A stretch of 64,000 nt of DNA, taken from Phycisphaerales bacterium (GTDB taxonomy: Bacteria > Planctomycetota > Phycisphaerae > UBA1845). Shown one piece after another: positions 38,653-47,150 of the stretch. The stretch spans positions 17,364 through 81,363 of the forward strand of contig JACKHG010000011.1 in NCBI GenBank assembly GCA_020639115.1, read 5' to 3'. How positions within the stretch are numbered: position 1 is the first letter of the stretch; the number at the start of each line of letters is the position of its first letter. The position numbers and the translations under genes were made by a program. The notes under the pieces are model-generated. The model was not told the origin of the DNA. It saw only the letters and a program-made list of their open reading frames with translations, and did no database searches.

Positions 38653-40104
38653 ATGAGCGACCAGGCTGTGACCTATCTCGTCTCACGCCTTGCCGTCGCG
38701 GCGGTGGAATTCCTGATCGTGGGGTTCCTCGTGGCGGCTGTGCTCGCCGTCTTGCCCAACATCGGGCCGCGCTGGCGCCGGCGCATCTGGTTCCTCGCGC
38801 TGTGCAAACCGTTCATTACGGTGGCGACCGCGTCGTTGCGGGGCCTGCTGCCCGTGGCCCCACTGGTCAACGGGACCCTTCTGGGTGACATTCTCTTCCC
38901 GCTGGGCGACAGTCCGCAGGCACTCGCCGGCGAATCTTCATCCGGCGTCGTACTGCACACCGTTGCTTATGTGTGGCTCGGGATCACGCTGATCCTGCTG
39001 GTGCGGGTGTGGATGCGGGCGTTGTCGTGCCGGCAGGCAGCCGACGATCATCTCACCAAGGGCTACTTGCTGAAGCCCACGTCGATCAAGCGGCTCGATC
39101 CGAATCTGGTCATTCCGCCGAACGTGCGGATCATCGTAACGCCGGAGGACGCCGGGCCCGCGACGCTGGGTGTGTTTCAGCCGGCGGTCCTGATTCCGGA
39201 ATCGCTGCTGCCTTGGGTGATGCGCCATCGCGACCCGTCTCCGCAGGAACGGGCACGATTCTGCCAGGTCTTGCGGCACGAACTGGCGCACGTTGCCAAC
39301 CGCGACGATCTGCTCACGCTGGCCACCATGGTCATGCTGTGCTTCTTCTGGTTCCACCCGATGGCCCACTGGGCGTATCGCCGGGTGCGGATGAACAACG
39401 AACTGTGCTGCGACGAGGACGTCGTGGCCAGCGGCGTGCGGCCGAAGGACTATGTCGACACGCTGATGAGCATCGTCGCGGGCAGTTTTTCGCGGCGGGG
39501 CTTCGCGATGCACATGCTCGGCGACGCGAGTCCGGCGAGCGTCCTGCGCAAGCGGTTGCAGTACGTGCTGCGCGAACGGGCTTCAGGCGACCCGCGGCCC
39601 ATCTGGGCTTATGTCGCCATCGCGATCGTGGCGTTGTCGATGCCGCGCTTTCTGGGCCAGGGCCATCTCGTGGAAGTGCTGATGCACGACGGCCGCCACC
39701 AACTGGTGACGCGTGCGGAGCTGAACGCGATGGGGCCGGCGCTGGTGGACCGGGTGCTGACTCCGGGCGTCGTGGACGAGTCCTGGTACACGCTGGCTCC
39801 GACGTACGCCGAGGCGAGCACGGCTCCGGCTGATCCAGCCAGCCTGCTCGAGAATATCGTTCCGTTGCGTCCGGAAGAGGCGGATGCCGCCGCGGTCGAT
39901 CCGGCGGTGCCTTCGACGGAGGGCGCCACGGTGCTGGCGGACGCGAAGGACGAGGCGGGTCCGGTGGCGGAGGAGGGTTCGGGAACGACTCCCCCGAAGC
40001 GCAAGTCGCGGGGTCCGAGTTGGGGTGATGGTCTGCCGGTGGGCGGGCCGGCTCCGGCGCAGCCGATTCTGCCGCCGCCGAGCGATCATCGGCAGATCCA
40101 GTAG
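38653..40104 (+). CDS. BlaR1-like M56-family membrane metallopeptidase / signal transducer
   Basis: N-terminal TM helices. HELAH zinc motif in LRHELAHVANRDD. Low-complexity C-terminal tail. It lies immediately downstream of the repressor. Confidence 0.8.
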   Translation: MSDQAVTYLVSRLAVAAVEFLIVGFLVAAVLAVLPNIGPRWRRRIWFLALCKPFITVATASLRGLLPVAPLVNGTLLGDILFPLGDSPQALAGESSSGVVLHTVAYVWLGITLILLVRVWMRALSCRQAADDHLTKGYLLKPTSIKRLDPNLVIPPNVRIIVTPEDAGPATLGVFQPAVLIPESLLPWVMRHRDPSPQERARFCQVLRHELAHVANRDDLLTLATMVMLCFFWFHPMAHWAYRRVRMNNELCCDEDVVASGVRPKDYVDTLMSIVAGSFSRRGFAMHMLGDASPASVLRKRLQYVLRERASGDPRPIWAYVAIAIVALSMPRFLGQGHLVEVLMHDGRHQLVTRAELNAMGPALVDRVLTPGVVDESWYTLAPTYAEASTAPADPASLLENIVPLRPEEADAAAVDPAVPSTEGATVLADAKDEAGPVAEEGSGTTPPKRKSRGPSWGDGLPVGGPAPAQPILPPPSDHRQIQ

Positions 40105-40164
40105 CTTCCCGTTTCCAATTCGAGGGGTGTCGTGCGGGTGGTCCCGGCGTTGCCCGGGGGCCGC

Positions 40165-40199
40165 TTGACTTTATCTTGGTAAAGCGTATACTGTACCAA
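40165..40199 (+). promoter_or_regulatory. Near-consensus promoter TTGACT-16 nt-TATACT overlapped by inverted repeat ttggta-N12-taccaa
   Basis: The -35 box is 40165-40170 and the -10 box is 40187-40192. The IR arms are 40176-40181 and 40194-40199. GTGGAG RBS follows, with the ATG at 40223. Confidence 0.55.
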
Positions 40200-40222
40200 A
40201 GTAAAGTGGAGCGACCGCCCCG

Positions 40223-40567
40223 ATGACGCGCAACCCACCCGCCGACCCGCTGGACGAACTGCTGCACACCGTCGTGCGCCTCCGCCACGCGGGCGAGGCC
40301 CGCCGCTTCTTCCGCGACCTGCTCACCGACGACGAGCTGGAGATGATCTCCCGGCGCTGGCAGGTCGCAACCATGCTGGCCGACGGGCGCTCGTACCGCG
40401 AAATCGAGGAACAGACCGGGATGAGCTCGCGGACGGTGGCGCGGATCGCCCGCTGGTACAAGGAGGGGCCGGGCGGATACCGGCTCGCGCTGGCCCGGAG
40501 CCACAAGACTGCCACGCCGCGGACGCGGGCCGAAACGCGGCGCCACGATGACCCGAAGCAAAGTTGA
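40223..40567 (+). CDS. TrpR-like YerC/YecD-family DNA-binding protein
   Basis: Family-typical strings: FFRDLLTDDELEMISRRWQVATML, SYREIEEQTGMSSRTVARIARW. Confidence 0.7.
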   Translation: MTRNPPADPLDELLHTVVRLRHAGEARRFFRDLLTDDELEMISRRWQVATMLADGRSYREIEEQTGMSSRTVARIARWYKEGPGGYRLALARSHKTATPRTRAETRRHDDPKQS

Positions 40568-40576
40568 GTTTCATTC

Positions 40577-41437
40577 ATGAGTGCCACGATCAAACTGACG
40601 CTGCCCAAGGGGCGGCAACAGCAGGAGGTCTTCGGACTGCTCGCGGACGCCGGGCTGCGGGTACGCGCGACGGACCAGGAATACCGCCCCGCGTGCAGCG
40701 ACGCCCGCTACGAGATCAAGCTGCTCAAGGCGGCGAACATCCCGAAGCTGGTGGAGTTTGGGGCGCACGACGTGGGGATCACGGGTTGCGACTGGGTGGC
40801 GGAGACCAGCGCAGACGTGGTGGAGCTGCTGGACACCGGGCTCCTGCCCGTGCGGCTCGTAGCGGCTGCCCCGCTCGGCGTGGATCCGTTCGCGCGGGCG
40901 AACGGGGCGCCGCTGATCGTGGCGTCGGAGTACGAGAACCTCACCGCCCGGTACATGCGGGGCAAGAATGCCGATTTTCGCTATGTGCGGACCTACGGCG
41001 CGACCGAGGTGTTTCCGCCGGAGGACGCGGACCTGATCGTGGACAACACCGCGACGGGCGCGACCCTGCGTTCGAACGGGCTGGAGATCATCGACGAAAT
41101 CCTCCGTTCGAGCAGCCGGATCATCGCGAACCGGGTGACGCTGGCGGACCCGGCGCGGCGCGAGGCGATCGAGGAGCTGGTCCTGCTGGTGCAGAGCGTG
41201 CTCGAGGGCCGGCGGCGGGTGTTGCTGGACATGAACGTGGCGGCGGACCGGCTGGACGCCGTGGTCGATTTGCTGCCGGCGATGAAGTCGCCGACGATTC
41301 AGCCGCTGCACGGGCAGAACGGGTACGCGGTGCGGGTGGCGGTGTTGCGTGACGAGGTGCACCGGATCCTGCCGGCGATCCGGCGGGCGGGCGCGACGGA
41401 CATTCTGCAATCCTCAATCCAGAAGGTGATGGCGTGA
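40577..41437 (+). CDS. hisG: ATP phosphoribosyltransferase, long form
   Basis: TLPKGRQQQEVFGLL, GAHDVGITGCDWV, DLIVDNTATGATLRSNGL, plus a C-terminal regulatory domain. Confidence 0.9.
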   Translation: MSATIKLTLPKGRQQQEVFGLLADAGLRVRATDQEYRPACSDARYEIKLLKAANIPKLVEFGAHDVGITGCDWVAETSADVVELLDTGLLPVRLVAAAPLGVDPFARANGAPLIVASEYENLTARYMRGKNADFRYVRTYGATEVFPPEDADLIVDNTATGATLRSNGLEIIDEILRSSSRIIANRVTLADPARREAIEELVLLVQSVLEGRRRVLLDMNVAADRLDAVVDLLPAMKSPTIQPLHGQNGYAVRVAVLRDEVHRILPAIRRAGATDILQSSIQKVMA

Positions 41438-41439
41438 GC

Positions 41440-42777
41440 ATGAAGGGTGTGCGCAGACTGACGGCGCGGGGTGACGCGGACCGGTTGTTGCCGGAGGGGC
41501 TGCGGCGCGTGGCGCCGGCGGCCCGGGAGGCGGAGCAGGCGGCGCGGGAGATCATCGCGGCGGTGCGCGGGCGGGGCGATGCCGCCCTGCTGGAGTTCAC
41601 GCGACGTTTTGACGGCGCGGATCTCCGCGAGTGCGGCCTGCGGGTGAGCGCCGAGGAATTCGCTGCGGCTGATGAGGCGATTGCCGAAGACGTACGTGCC
41701 GCCCTGGCGCACGCGATCCGCAACATCCGGGCGTTTCACGAGGCGCAGCGGCGGCCGCCGCTGACGGTGGTGGAGGTGGAGCCCGGGGTGTGGTGCGGCG
41801 ACCGCTTCACGCCGCTGGACTCGGTGTGTCTGTACGTGCCGCGCGGGCGTGGGGCGTTCAGTTCGGTGATGTGCATGCTGGGCGTTCCGGCGCTGATCGC
41901 GGGCGTCGGGCGGGTGATCGTGTGCACGCCGCCGGGGCCGGACGGCTCGGTGGACGCGGCGACGCTGGTCGCGGCACGAATGCTGGGAATCGACGAGATT
42001 TACCGGGTGGGCGGAGCGCAGGCGGTCGCGGCGGTCGCGTTCGGGACGCAGAGCGTGCCGGCGTGCACGAAAATCGTCGGCCCGGGCAACGTCTACGTGA
42101 CGGCGGCGCGTTCGATCGTTGCGGACGTGCTGGATCCGGGTCCGCCGGCTGGCCCGAGCGAGTCGGCGATCCTGTGCGACGGCACGACGGATGCCGGCAA
42201 CGCGGCGTGGAACCTGCTGATCGAGGCGGAACATGGGGAAAACTCATGTGCCATCCTAGTCACGCACGATGCCGCGTTCGCCGACCGCGTGGCTGGCGCC
42301 GTCAACCAGCGAATGGAGCAGTTGAGCGCCGAGCGCCGGGCATTCGCAACCGAGGTGCTGGGGCGTAACGGCGGAATCATCGTGACCGACGCGCCGGCGA
42401 CATCTCTGGCGGTGGTGAACGCATTCGCGCCAGAGCACCTGGCGATCATGGCGGCGGAACCGTGGGATCTGCTGGCGGGCGTGCGCAACGCCGGCGAAGT
42501 GCTCCTGGGGGATTACCCGATCATCAGCCTGGGCAACTACGCGATGGGCGTCAACGCGATTCTGCCGACGGGCGCGCGGGCGCGGACGCGGTCGTGCGTG
42601 AGCGTGGATGACTTCGTGAAGCGGTCGAGCATCGGCTGGGTGACGCGGGCGGGGTTCGAGTCGCTCGCGCCGGTGGTGTCCACCCTCAGCCGCGACGAGG
42701 GGTTCAGCGCGCATCACCTGGCGGTGGAGAACTGGACTGCGCCGGAGTACCGGCGGGCCGACGGGAGGCAGCCATGA
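41440..42777 (+). CDS. hisD: Histidinol dehydrogenase
   Basis: Track ORF 41434..42777. Strings present: GGAQAVAAVAFGT, KIVGPGNVYVTAAR, PSESAIL, NAFAPEHL. Confidence 0.9.
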   Translation: MKGVRRLTARGDADRLLPEGLRRVAPAAREAEQAAREIIAAVRGRGDAALLEFTRRFDGADLRECGLRVSAEEFAAADEAIAEDVRAALAHAIRNIRAFHEAQRRPPLTVVEVEPGVWCGDRFTPLDSVCLYVPRGRGAFSSVMCMLGVPALIAGVGRVIVCTPPGPDGSVDAATLVAARMLGIDEIYRVGGAQAVAAVAFGTQSVPACTKIVGPGNVYVTAARSIVADVLDPGPPAGPSESAILCDGTTDAGNAAWNLLIEAEHGENSCAILVTHDAAFADRVAGAVNQRMEQLSAERRAFATEVLGRNGGIIVTDAPATSLAVVNAFAPEHLAIMAAEPWDLLAGVRNAGEVLLGDYPIISLGNYAMGVNAILPTGARARTRSCVSVDDFVKRSSIGWVTRAGFESLAPVVSTLSRDEGFSAHHLAVENWTAPEYRRADGRQP

Positions 42778-43466
42778 CGGATACAGCGTTTGAGCCGGTG
42801 CGCGTGGCGCGGCGGACGGCGGAGACCGATTTCGCGATTCGCGTCGCGCCGCGGACAGCCGCGGGCGGACTGGTGGAACTACCCAACCGCCTGCTCGGGC
42901 ACTTCGTCGATCACTTTGCGCGCGGCGCGGGCCTGAGCGTGGCGGTCGAACGCACAGCCTGGCCGCAGTCGTGGGAGTTCGACCACGTGCTGTGCGAAGA
43001 CATGGGGCAGCTCACCGGGCGCGCGGTGGCGGCCATCGCCGAGGAGCGAACCGCCCGCTGCGGCATCCCGGGGCGGGCGACGGCGGCAAGCGCGATGGAC
43101 GACGCCGCCAGCACCGTGCGGGTCACCTTCGAGTCCCGGCCGCGGTGCGCTTGGAGCGTGCCGCGCCGCGTGGACATCGACGGTTACGTCGACAGTTGGT
43201 ACACCGAAGGTGGCGCCGCGGGCGGGGTCTGCTATGGCACGAACCTGCGCCAGTTCCTGGACGGGTTCGCGTACGGCAGCGGCGCCACGGTCGCGATCGA
43301 GGTGGCGTCGGGCGGAAACCTGCATCACCTGTACGAGACGGTTTTTCGCAACCTGGGCGACGCGGTAGGAGCCGCTCTGGGCACGGCGCAACGACTGCCC
43401 GGGGAGGGCAGCGGACTGGCGGGTCCGCCGGTGTACGATGTGTCGCGGGACGAAGTGAGAAAGTGA
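42774..43466 (+). CDS. hisB: Imidazoleglycerol-phosphate dehydratase-like protein (divergent)
   Basis: The ATG overlaps the hisD stop. RRTAETDF, VDHF, FDHVLCED and GGNLHHLYETVFRNLG align with the IGPD metal-binding motifs, but the first His-His pair reads H-V. Confidence 0.65.
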   Translation: MTDTAFEPVRVARRTAETDFAIRVAPRTAAGGLVELPNRLLGHFVDHFARGAGLSVAVERTAWPQSWEFDHVLCEDMGQLTGRAVAAIAEERTARCGIPGRATAASAMDDAASTVRVTFESRPRCAWSVPRRVDIDGYVDSWYTEGGAAGGVCYGTNLRQFLDGFAYGSGATVAIEVASGGNLHHLYETVFRNLGDAVGAALGTAQRLPGEGSGLAGPPVYDVSRDEVRK

Positions 43467-43494
43467 GAAAGTGGGAAAGTGGGAAAGTGGGAAC
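43455..43494 (+). repeat. (GTGRGAAA)-type octamer tandem array, 5 units. The first units encode the last three codons and the stop of hisB.
   Basis: Units are gtgagaaa gtgagaaa gtgggaaa gtgggaaa gtgggaac. Apart from the last base it has no C. hisB ends ...gaa GTG AGA AAG TGA. Confidence 0.9.
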
Positions 43495-43571
43495 GGCGCG
43501 GTTTCTGAGGCGAGAGAGTGGAGTTTCCACTTAATCTTGAGAGTGCTCACTAGGCCACGCGGGATGACCTG

Positions 43572-44576
43572 ATGACTGCGAACGATACGCGACCGCTTGT
43601 CGTGCTCGATGCCGACGGCGTTTTCATGAACGAGATGACGTACTGGCGCACGGCGCTGGCTGCGGCGTTCACGCTCGCGGGCATCGCGATCAAGGACACC
43701 GCAACGTGGAAACGGCTCGATCGGGCGTGTCTCCAGCGGTCGCGGCTGCAGCGGATCACGAAGAGCCGGGCATGCAATTCGAACTGGGACCTGGCGGCGG
43801 TGATGGCGGCTGCTCTGGCGGACGAGTCGACGCGCACGGAGGTTCAGCGGCACCTCGTGGAAGGCGCGGACGATGCCGTGGCGGCCGCTCTGGGCGCGGG
43901 CATGGAGCGGCTCTGGAGCAAGCCGGATCCGGACGGGCCGCCGATTTCCGGTTTTGGGATTGACCGCAAGGGTGCGGAGTTTGCTGCCGCGCGCACGCGG
44001 TTTCAGGAGATTCTCTATCTGCAGCGTGACATCGGTTGGTCGTATCCACGGCACGAGCTGCTGCCGCCGGCTGAGAAGACGCGAGCGGCGCTGGCGCGGA
44101 TGCGCGACGCGGGCTTGGCGCTCACGGTGTGTACCTCGCGGCAGCGGGACGAGACCGAGACACCCATCCGCACGCTGGAACTGGCGGAGTACTTCGACGT
44201 CGATCGTATGGCGACGCACGACGAGGCGCGACGGGCGCAGCAGGAGACCGGGATCGCCCCGCTGGGCAAGCCGCACTGGTTTCCGCTGGTCGCAGCGGTG
44301 CTGGGCTACTCAGCCGCGGTCGACGCCGTTCAGCGGGACGCGAAGCAACTCGCGGTGGATGGCTGCGGGCCCGTCGTCTACGTCGGCGATGCCTCCGCGG
44401 ACTTCGACACGGTGCGCGGAGCACACGCGCGCGGGCTGCCGGTGACCTACGTGCATATCGACTCGGGCGTGAGCATGGCGGCGACGTTGGATGCGGTGCG
44501 GGCGGCGCCGGTGACCGCCGGGATCGTGCCGGACCTGGCGGCGGCGGCGGACCTGATTCTGGAGCGGCTGCTATGA
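43572..44576 (+). CDS. HAD-superfamily phosphatase with a large cap, embedded in the his operon
   Basis: All four HAD motifs are present: VVLDADGVF, LTVCTSR, LGKPHW, VVYVGDASADFD. Its stop overlaps the hisH ATG. Confidence 0.7.
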   Translation: MTANDTRPLVVLDADGVFMNEMTYWRTALAAAFTLAGIAIKDTATWKRLDRACLQRSRLQRITKSRACNSNWDLAAVMAAALADESTRTEVQRHLVEGADDAVAAALGAGMERLWSKPDPDGPPISGFGIDRKGAEFAAARTRFQEILYLQRDIGWSYPRHELLPPAEKTRAALARMRDAGLALTVCTSRQRDETETPIRTLELAEYFDVDRMATHDEARRAQQETGIAPLGKPHWFPLVAAVLGYSAAVDAVQRDAKQLAVDGCGPVVYVGDASADFDTVRGAHARGLPVTYVHIDSGVSMAATLDAVRAAPVTAGIVPDLAAAADLILERLL

Positions 44577-45172
44577 TCGGCGTGGTGGATTACGGCGCCG
44601 GCAACCTGCTGAGCGTGACGAACGCGCTGGATGCGCTCGACCTGTCGTGGACGCACGTGCGTCGCCCGCGGGAGCTGGACGATTGCGGACGCATCCTGCT
44701 GCCGGGCGTCGGGCACTTCGCAGCCGCGGCTGGGCAGCTCAAGGCATCGGGCATGAGCGCAGCGTTGCAGGCGGTGGCGCGCAAAGGCAAACCGGTATTG
44801 GGCGTATGCCTGGGCGCGCAGCTCATGCTGGAGGCGAGCGACGAGGCGCCGGACGCGGTGGGGCTCGGGCTGATCCCCGGGCGCGTGGTTCGGCTGAAAA
44901 CGAAGACGATTCCGCACATGGGCTGGAACCGGGTGAAGCCGGCGGCGAGCGCCCGGTTGTTCGACGCCGCGGCGACACCCCCCTACTTCTACTTTGCGCA
45001 CAGCTTCGTGTGCGCGCCGGTCGAGAAAAGCCACGTTGCCGCGGAAACAACGTGCGACGCGGAGACGTTCTGCGTCGCGGTGCAGCGGGACAACATTTTC
45101 GGCGTGCAGTTTCACCCGGAGAAGAGCGCCGGCGCGGGCCTGGACGTGCTGCGGAGGTTCGCGACATGCTGA
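44573..45172 (+). CDS. hisH: Imidazole glycerol phosphate synthase, glutamine amidotransferase subunit
   Basis: This is the in-frame part of track ORF 44129..45172, starting at the ATG at 44573. Strings present: IGVVDYGAGNLLSV, LPGVGHF, GVCLGAQLM, GVQFHPEKS. Confidence 0.9.
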   Translation: MIGVVDYGAGNLLSVTNALDALDLSWTHVRRPRELDDCGRILLPGVGHFAAAAGQLKASGMSAALQAVARKGKPVLGVCLGAQLMLEASDEAPDAVGLGLIPGRVVRLKTKTIPHMGWNRVKPAASARLFDAAATPPYFYFAHSFVCAPVEKSHVAAETTCDAETFCVAVQRDNIFGVQFHPEKSAGAGLDVLRRFATC

Positions 45173-45921
45173 CGCGGCGGATCATTCCCTGCCTGGATAT
45201 CCGCGGCGAGCGGGTGGTCAAGGGTGTGCAGTTTCAGAACCTGCGCGACGCCGGCGATCCGCTGGAGCGGGCGGCGCGGTACATGGACGCGGGCGCCGAC
45301 GAGTTGTGTTTTCTAGATGTGACGGCGTCGCTGGAAGAGCGGCCGCTGCTCCTCGCGCTGATCAAGCGGTTGTCGCGCGTGCTGTTCATCCCGTTCAGCG
45401 TTGGCGGCGGCGTGCGCAGCGTGGAGGACGCGTACGAGCTGTTGCGTGCGGGGGCGGACAAGATCGGCGTGAACACGGCTGCCGTCGAACGGCCGGGGCT
45501 GCTCGGCGAGCTGGCCGACGCATTCGGCCGCCAGTGCGTCGTGCTCTCGATCGACACGAAGCTGGTCGATGGCGTGTGGTACGTGACGACGCACGGCAGC
45601 CGCGAACTCTCCAGCCGGCGAGCGCTCGACTGGGTGCGCGAGGGCGTGGAGCGCGGCGCCGGCGAGATCCTGCTGAACTGCATCGACACCGACGGCGTGC
45701 GCGGCGGGTTTCGTCTCGACCTGACCGAGCAGGTGGTCGGGACGGTGGAGGTGCCGGTGATCGCCTCGGGCGGAGCCGGCGGCGCCGAACACTTCGTCGA
45801 GCTGTTCACGCGGACGGGGGCGCACGCCGGGCTGGCGGCGTCGATTTTCCACGACGGCACCACGACGCCGAGCGCCGTCAAGCAGGCGCTGCGCGCCGCC
45901 GGAGTGGAGGTAAGATTGTGA
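45166..45921 (+). CDS. hisF: Imidazole glycerol phosphate synthase, cyclase subunit
   Basis: This is the in-frame part of track ORF 44647..45921, starting at the ATG at 45166. Strings present: RIIPCLDI, VVKGVQF, GADELCFLD, SVGGGVRS, ASGGAG. Confidence 0.9.
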   Translation: MLTRRIIPCLDIRGERVVKGVQFQNLRDAGDPLERAARYMDAGADELCFLDVTASLEERPLLLALIKRLSRVLFIPFSVGGGVRSVEDAYELLRAGADKIGVNTAAVERPGLLGELADAFGRQCVVLSIDTKLVDGVWYVTTHGSRELSSRRALDWVREGVERGAGEILLNCIDTDGVRGGFRLDLTEQVVGTVEVPVIASGGAGGAEHFVELFTRTGAHAGLAASIFHDGTTTPSAVKQALRAAGVEVRL

Positions 45922-47150
45922 TTATCCCCAGTATCGACGTGATGGGCGGCAAGGCCGTGCAACTGCGCCAGGGGCGCGAGCTGCTGCTGACCGATCCGCG
46001 CGACCCGGTGGAGCTGGCGCGGGAGTTCAACCGCTACGGCCCGGTCGCGGTCGTGGATCTCGACGCGGCGCTGGGCCAGGGCAACAACACGGAGCTGATC
46101 GGCCGCTGCTGTCAGGTGGCAGAGTGCCGCGTAGGCGGCGGGATCCGCAGCGAGGAGGACGTGCGCAACTGGATCAAGCGCGGCGCGCGGCAGGTGGTGA
46201 TCGGAACGAAGGCGACGCCGGAGTTTCTGAGCGGTTTTCCGCGCGAGTGGCTGATCGCGGCGATCGATGCGCGGGGGCGCAGCGTCGTGGACCAGGGCTG
46301 GACGCGGGACACGCAGGCGGACGTCGTCGCGCGGGCGCAGGAGCTGGCGCCGCACTGCGCCGCCCTGCTGTTCACGCAGGTGGAGCGTGAGGGGATGCTG
46401 GCGGGTCCGGACCTGGAGACGGCGCGGGCGCTGCGGGCAGCCGCCGGCGTGCCCATCGTGGTCGCTGGGGGAATTCGCCATGCCCAGGATGCGGCTGACC
46501 TGGTCCGGGAGGGCTTTGCCGCGCAAGTGGGCCGGGCGCTGTACGAGGGCAAGCTCGAGCTCGCCGACGTGTGGGCGGCGAGCGTGGCGTTCGACGAGCG
46601 CGGGCTGGTGCCGACGATCGTGCAGGAGGCGCGGACGCGCGAGGTGCTGATGCTCGCCTGGAGCAACGCGGATTCGCTGGCGGTGGCGCTGCGCGAGGGC
46701 GTGGGGTGCTACTGGTCGCGCTCGCGGCGGGAGTTGTGGCGCAAGGGTGCGACGTCGGGGCACACGCAGCGGCTGGTGGCGGCGCGGTGGGATTGCGACC
46801 GGGACTGCGTGCTGTTCACGGTGGAGCAGACCGGCCCAGCCTGTCACACGGGCACGCCGACGTGCTTCGGGAGCACCTCGGGCGGCGTGCTCGCGGAGCT
46901 CGAGGCGACGCTCGCGGAACGTAAGGCGGGCGCTGGGAAAAAGAGCTATACGCAGCGGCTGCTGGCGGACGCGGAGCTGCTCGCCGGGAAGCTGCGGGAG
47001 GAGACCGAGGAGGTCATCGTCGCGCCGAACTACGAGAACCTGCGTTGGGAGTGCGCGGACCTGATTTACCACCTGATGGTGCGGATGGTCGCGGACGGGA
47101 TGACGGTGCGGGAGGTGATGGACGAGCTGCGTGGCCGAGTGAGAAAGTGA
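45918..47150 (+). CDS. Fusion protein: HisA (ProFAR isomerase) - HisI (PR-AMP cyclohydrolase) - HisE (PR-ATP pyrophosphohydrolase)
   Basis: The GTG at 45918 overlaps the hisF stop (GTGA). HisA part: IIPSIDVMGGKAVQLRQG...VGRALYEGKL. HisI part: GLVPTIVQEARTREVLMLAWSN...SGHTQ...DCDRDCVLFTVEQTGPACHTG. HisE part: SYTQRLL...GKLREETEEV...ADLIYHLMV. Confidence 0.85.
   Translation: MIIPSIDVMGGKAVQLRQGRELLLTDPRDPVELAREFNRYGPVAVVDLDAALGQGNNTELIGRCCQVAECRVGGGIRSEEDVRNWIKRGARQVVIGTKATPEFLSGFPREWLIAAIDARGRSVVDQGWTRDTQADVVARAQELAPHCAALLFTQVEREGMLAGPDLETARALRAAAGVPIVVAGGIRHAQDAADLVREGFAAQVGRALYEGKLELADVWAASVAFDERGLVPTIVQEARTREVLMLAWSNADSLAVALREGVGCYWSRSRRELWRKGATSGHTQRLVAARWDCDRDCVLFTVEQTGPACHTGTPTCFGSTSGGVLAELEATLAERKAGAGKKSYTQRLLADAELLAGKLREETEEVIVAPNYENLRWECADLIYHLMVRMVADGMTVREVMDELRGRVRK

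Noticed and set aside
39332-40561. 409-aa minus-strand ORF spanning the BlaR1 3' end and the yerC-like gene
   Set aside because: Pro/Arg/Ala-rich shadow. It crosses an obvious promoter and intergenic region.
43455-43494. Possibility that the short repeat arrays (here, 47139-47178 and 22983-23092) are CRISPR arrays
   Set aside because: The units are 7-8 nt and directly abutting, with no spacers. No cas genes are present in the window.
42879-47072. Minus-strand ORFs 42879..44276 (465 aa) and 45234..47072 (612 aa) antisense to the his operon
   Set aside because: Shadows of strongly conserved his genes on the plus strand.
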